A stretch of 64,000 bases of DNA from Bacteroidales bacterium (lineage in GTDB: Bacteria > Bacteroidota > Bacteroidia > Bacteroidales > WCHB1-69), in assembly GCA_017438945.1 (NCBI GenBank), contig JAFRUI010000013.1:29611-93610 (forward strand), written 5' to 3'. The notes beneath the pieces were generated by a model. It worked only from the letters and a program-made list of their open reading frames with translations. It was not told the DNA's origin and ran no database searches. Both the position numbers and the translations under genes were made by a program. Of the stretch, positions 62,455 to 64,000 are shown piece after piece; position 1 is the stretch's first letter, and each line of letters opens with the position of its first letter.

Positions 62455-62567
62455 TTCAGAATTAAGAATGCAGAATTAAGAATTTTTTCATGGACATTAG
62501 CCATTGACATAAATACATTCCTGATTCTTATTCATCATTCTTAATTCTTAATTTTTAATTCTTAATT
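62455..62567. repeat. Inverted AGAATTA / TAATTCT heptamer-word arrays flanking a 38-nt core
   Basis: Left arm is ttcagaattaagaatgcagaattaagaatt (62455-62484). Right arm is gattcttattcatcattcttaattcttaatttttaattcttaatt (62523-62567). Confidence 0.85.
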
Positions 62568-64000
62568 ATGAATTTAAGAACCCTACTATCAACCCTGCTG
62601 CTGTGCCTCGGCATGGCAGCCACCGCGCAGGAGAGCAATCCCTACGCCGGCTACGACCGCGTGACCCTCTACGACAGCATGACCGTGCGCATGGAGGAGA
62701 ACGGGCTCAGCCACTACGTCAACCACCAGCGCTACCGCATCTTGAGCGATGCCGGCGGGCGCGACTACAACACCGTCATCGTCGATTACGACCCACTGTC
62801 GGCCTACTGCGAGATCCGTGACGTGGTCGTCTATCGCCACGACGGCACCGAGGAGCACCCCGACTTCATGGTTTGCGACTACCCCGCCCCGGCCCACATG
62901 ATCTACTGGGGCGCGCGGCAGAAGATGGTCGCCCTCGGCCGACTTGAACCCGGCGACGAGGTGGAGTTCCTCACCTACAAGAAGGGATTCACCTACGCCC
63001 TGCTGCAAGGCGACGACCCCGACGCGAAGTACATCCCGCCCATGCGCGGCCACTTCTACGACATCGTCCCCTTCTGGAACAACCAACCGGTGAAAGAGAA
63101 AGTATATCAAGTCAGCGTGTTGTCGAGCAAGAACTTGCAGTACAAAATCTACAATGGTAATCTCAGCGTGAAAACGAAGAAGGACGGTGACCGCACTATC
63201 TTCACTTTCGAGAACAAGGACTACTTCCCACTGAAGACCCCGCGCTACACGGTGGCAAACAACGACATCGAGCCGAAGCTCATCGTGACCACCGCGAAAG
63301 ACTGGGAGGCCAAGTCGATGTGGTTCTACGGCGTGAACGAGGACTTCGGCAGTTTCGAGGCCACACCGGAGATCCAAGCAAAGGTCGATGAGCTGCTGAA
63401 GCCGGCCAAGACCGAGAACGACAGCTTGGACATCCTCACGCACTGGGTGGCCGACAACGTGCGCTACTCCGGCATTTCGATGGGTGAGGGCGAGGGGTTC
63501 ACGCTCCACAAGTGCGAGATGACCTTCCGCGACCGCTGCGGCGTCTGCAAGGACAAGGCCGGGATGCTCATCGGCATGTTGCGGGCGGCGGGCTTCAAGG
63601 CCTACGCCGCGATGACGATGGCCGGCGAGCGCATCGAAGACATTCCCGCCGACCAGTTCAACCACTGCATCACGGTGGTACAGCGGCGCAACGGCAACTA
63701 CCAACTCCTGGATCCCACGTGGGTGCCGGGCGTGCGCGGCGAACTGTGGTCCAGCGCGGAGCAGCAGCAAAACTACCTGATGGGGCTTCCCAACGGCGCG
63801 AAGTTGGGACTCACGCCCGTCTCCGATCCGAAAAACCACTACGTGCGCATGACCGCTAACACGCAGGTCACGAAAAATGGCTCGCTGAAGGGCACCGTCA
63901 CCATCACCGCCGACCGACAGAGCGACCGCACCGTGCGCGGGGTCTTCCACGGCTTCCGCACAGAGTGGCGGCGCAGCGTGGAGGAGATGTTCTACCTAGA
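62568..64000 (+). CDS. DUF3857-like plus transglutaminase-like cysteine-protease-fold protein, N-terminal 477 aa (runs off the window; absent from the ORF track because no stop is reached)
   Basis: Hand translation from ATG 62568 gives MNLRTLLSTLLLCLGMAATAQESNPYAGYDRVTLYD... The frame is open to nt 64000. A transglutaminase core is present: RDRCGVCKDKAGMLIGMLRAAGFKAY...FNHCITVV...LLDPTW (Cys-His-Asp). Confidence 0.75.
   Translation, partial: MNLRTLLSTLLLCLGMAATAQESNPYAGYDRVTLYDSMTVRMEENGLSHYVNHQRYRILSDAGGRDYNTVIVDYDPLSAYCEIRDVVVYRHDGTEEHPDFMVCDYPAPAHMIYWGARQKMVALGRLEPGDEVEFLTYKKGFTYALLQGDDPDAKYIPPMRGHFYDIVPFWNNQPVKEKVYQVSVLSSKNLQYKIYNGNLSVKTKKDGDRTIFTFENKDYFPLKTPRYTVANNDIEPKLIVTTAKDWEAKSMWFYGVNEDFGSFEATPEIQAKVDELLKPAKTENDSLDILTHWVADNVRYSGISMGEGEGFTLHKCEMTFRDRCGVCKDKAGMLIGMLRAAGFKAYAAMTMAGERIEDIPADQFNHCITVVQRRNGNYQLLDPTWVPGVRGELWSSAEQQQNYLMGLPNGAKLGLTPVSDPKNHYVRMTANTQVTKNGSLKGTVTITADRQSDRTVRGVFHGFRTEWRRSVEEMFYL

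Noticed and set aside
62504-62509. A TTGACA hexamer in the core between the inverted AGAATTA arrays, considered as a sigma-70 -35 box.
   Set aside because: Bacteroidota housekeeping promoters use TTTG (-33) and TAnnTTTG (-7) rather than TTGACA/TATAAT. No matching -7 box follows at the right distance.
62589-63950. A 453-aa minus-strand ORF, the longest ORF in the track for this region.
   Set aside because: It is the antisense shadow of a GC-rich plus-strand gene. The plus frame from ATG 62568 has a signal peptide and a clear DUF3857/transglutaminase-like sequence (GVCKDKAG...NHC...LLDPTW) and is open to the window end. The minus-frame product is low-complexity (rich in A, V, G, R, H, D) with no recognisable motifs.

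Overview
This is a chromosomal segment from a Bacteroidota (Bacteroidales-like) genome. Four things support that assignment: many proteins end in type A or type B T9SS C-terminal sorting domains, TAnnTTTG -7 promoter boxes sit upstream of most transcription units, the dcw cluster lacks murF, and lpxD and lpxC are adjacent.

Layout:
- 1-2.2 kb: the 3' end of comM/yifB, a small four-helix-bundle gene cassette, and a membrane LytTR-type regulator.
- 2.5-21.4 kb: three consecutive giant T9SS cargo genes (903, 1662 and 3717 aa) built from FN3 domains plus repeated beta-sandwich modules.
- 21.6-30.3 kb: a housekeeping block on mixed strands. It holds murG, a ProX/YbaK-like deacylase, a HydE-like radical SAM protein, a coiled-coil repeat protein, mtgA, lpxC, lpxD, tRNA-Ser(GCU) and an ABC-F ATPase.
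- 30.3-39.1 kb (minus strand): mraZ-rsmH-ftsL-ftsI-murE-mraY, a 185-aa murD remnant, and ftsW.
- 39.5-49.8 kb: hflX, a membrane protein, two T9SS cargo genes, dus, and a 1303-aa T9SS protein.
- 49.9-59.7 kb (minus strand): a 1770-aa Cys-repeat T9SS type B protein, a 787-aa partner, an LRR T9SS protein, and a decayed cargo gene.
- 60-64 kb: a second LytTR-type paralog, a hemerythrin/LuxR pair, and a DUF3857/transglutaminase-like gene that runs off the window and is missing from the ORF track.

Most interesting observations:
1. Two paralogous membrane LytTR plus winged-helix regulators are each divergently paired with T9SS cargo genes. A 21-bp-phased direct repeat sits on the giant-operon promoter.
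2. The dcw cluster is broken after ftsW. murG is inverted 8.7 kb away, and the intervening block is bracketed by inverted copies of one short repeat.
3. murD is reduced to its C-terminal domain, and lpxC lacks the usual fabZ fusion.
4. Heptamer-word arrays and a covarying GTAG...CTAC hairpin family occupy most intergenic spacers, and both occur in-frame inside one sorting domain.

Two cautions on the ORF track. It uses alternative start codons, so several N-termini were trimmed to the first ATG downstream of a promoter box. It also contains many antisense shadow ORFs. All functional calls come from motifs read by eye in the translations; no database search was possible.
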